Origin: Nemertoderma westbladi
Taxonomy: Eukaryota > Animalia > Xenacoelomorpha
Assembly: GCA_032718475.1 (NCBI GenBank)
Contig: JAUCBJ010003982.1
Span: 1-51,032 of the forward strand
DNA length: 51,032 nucleotides
Direction: 5' to 3'
Each line of letters opens with the position of its first letter. Position 1 is the stretch's first letter. Under the pieces are notes generated by a model. That model saw only the letters and a program-made list of their open reading frames with translations, was not told the DNA's origin and ran no database searches. Below are positions 49,701-51,032 of the stretch, in pieces. Both the position numbers and the translations under genes were made by a program.

Positions 49701-49729
49701 CAATAATCTCCTTTATTTTTCTCCTCCAG
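31771..49729. repeat. 26-bp pyrimidine-rich satellite (CCAATAATCTCCTTTATTTCTCTCCT), about 690 copies, 18 kb, formin intron 2
   Basis: Tandem array with homogeneous cores and variant-rich flanks. The last unit ends in the splice acceptor of exon 3. Confidence 0.98.
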
Positions 49730-50293
49730 GTAGAAACTGACGTTTCCCTCGCAGTAAAGGCTGCTGTCCAGGGCGACGCGTTCTCCCGGGTAATGGGCGA
49801 TTTCGCCAAGCGCGCCCGCGACCAGTACGAACTGCTGTGCGGGATGAGCACAAACATGAGTAAATCGTTCGCGTCGCTACTCGAGTATTTCTGTATCGAC
49901 GCTAAAACTCCGATGGAGGAATTATTCGGGGATCTGGCCGCATTTAAATCCGCGTTCCATAACGCAGTGAAGGACAATAAACAGAGACGGGAGGTCGTTG
50001 AGAAGGCGAGACGAGCCGAGGAGGCGAAGCAACGAGCGATGCGAGAGAAGGAGGAGCGAGCAAGGCAGCGAGCGAGTGCGACTAGTGCGGTTACAGACGA
50101 GACCGGGGTGGTGGATAATCTGTTGTCGGCGTTACAGAGCGGATCCGCGTTCCATAAAACCCGAGAACCTAGGAAACGGACGCCCAGGAGTGGGGGCGCC
50201 GGGCGCGGGGCGTTGCAACGGACCCGGTCCAGGGTGGGTATCATACCGGGGGGGATGGGGGACGTGGTGAGGAACCTGGATGGCGAGTTCTAG
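49730..50293 (+). CDS. dia: Diaphanous-related formin, coding exon 3 (end of FH2, DAD autoregulatory domain)
   Basis: Acceptor CTCCTCCAG|GTA at 49729/49730 is in frame (VETDVSLAVK..DAFSRVMGDF). It includes LLEYFCID..MEELFGDL and the DAD motif DETGVVDNLLSALQSGSAF followed by a basic stretch; TAG stop. Confidence 0.93.
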   Translation, partial: VETDVSLAVKAAVQGDAFSRVMGDFAKRARDQYELLCGMSTNMSKSFASLLEYFCIDAKTPMEELFGDLAAFKSAFHNAVKDNKQRREVVEKARRAEEAKQRAMREKEERARQRASATSAVTDETGVVDNLLSALQSGSAFHKTREPRKRTPRSGGAGRGALQRTRSRVGIIPGGMGDVVRNLDGEF

Positions 50294-50878
50294 AGCACCG
50301 CAGTACAGTACAGTCGCCCACTTAGAGTTCTAGAACGCCGCAGTACGACCGTTAGAAGTGCTAATAATTGCTGACGAGGCTGTTATTTATAAATATTCCT
50401 AAATTCCAGAATTCTTTAAATATTGCAAATTCAAATTCGAAAAAATTTTATTTTATTTTTCGCTTTAATTCCTATTTGAATAATCTATATTTCTGATAAG
50501 ATTAAATCAAGTGGAATTGTTGCGACACTTAATCGACTGGGTGCACTGGTCGCTATAGTTACCGGTTGGAATGAATTAAGAATAATTTAAAGCGATTTAT
50601 TAATTTATCTTGATAAATTAGCAAATTCACTCCACAGATTTCGCCAAATTAGATTGACGATTTATTAGCACCGATTAATATCGTAAATTTCGCCCGATTT
50701 AGGGGCATAGCGGTAAAATAGTCGCGGATATTTGGGTTCTTGAGAATGGATTAGTCTTAGTAGTTGGGTTAGGTTTTTTTAGATCTTTCATATTCATTTT
50801 AACAATATCGTTATATCCAACAAGTTATAGTATCATAATTTAGCGAGAATTTGAATTTGTGTAAATCAAGTAAACCAT

Positions 50879-51032
50879 AACCCTCTGCCCCCTTTATTAA
50901 CTCCACCCCCTTCCCCCTTCATTAAATCGAACCCCCTGCCCCCTTCACTAACTCGACCCCACCCCCCCCCCACCCCCCATCCCGATTAACTCCACCCCCC
51001 TACCCCCTTCATTAACTCGACCCCCCTTCCCT
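50879..51032. repeat. C-rich degenerate tandem repeat of about 25 bp (ATTAACTC[G/C]ACCCCCT.CCCCCTTC), open at the window end
   Basis: About six imperfect copies; G-run rich on the - strand. Confidence 0.75.

Overview
Eukaryotic (invertebrate animal-like) genomic window with two host genes. One is an intronless proprotein convertase (furin/kexin family, 3156-5216 +). The other is a diaphanous-type formin in only three coding exons (21850-22887, 28343-29926, 49730-50293 +, about 1061 aa), whose two introns (5.5 kb and 19.8 kb) are mostly tandem repeats (49-, 25- and 26-bp units); intron 2 also holds a tRNA-SINE and a 5'-truncated RTE-like LINE. Between the genes lies a degenerate BEL/Pao LTR retrotransposon on the - strand (gag, protease remnant, integrase; RT and RNase H deleted), followed on the same strand by a large extra ORF I do not recognise. 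A 1.4-kb foldback element then separates it from a second, diverged homologue of that unknown ORF on the + strand, which carries several CCHC zinc knuckles. The most novel-looking items are (i) this unknown accessory-ORF family, present twice and linked to BEL/Pao, and (ii) satellites that run into and partly form the splice sites of the formin gene. All calls come from reading the sequence by eye; no database search was run.
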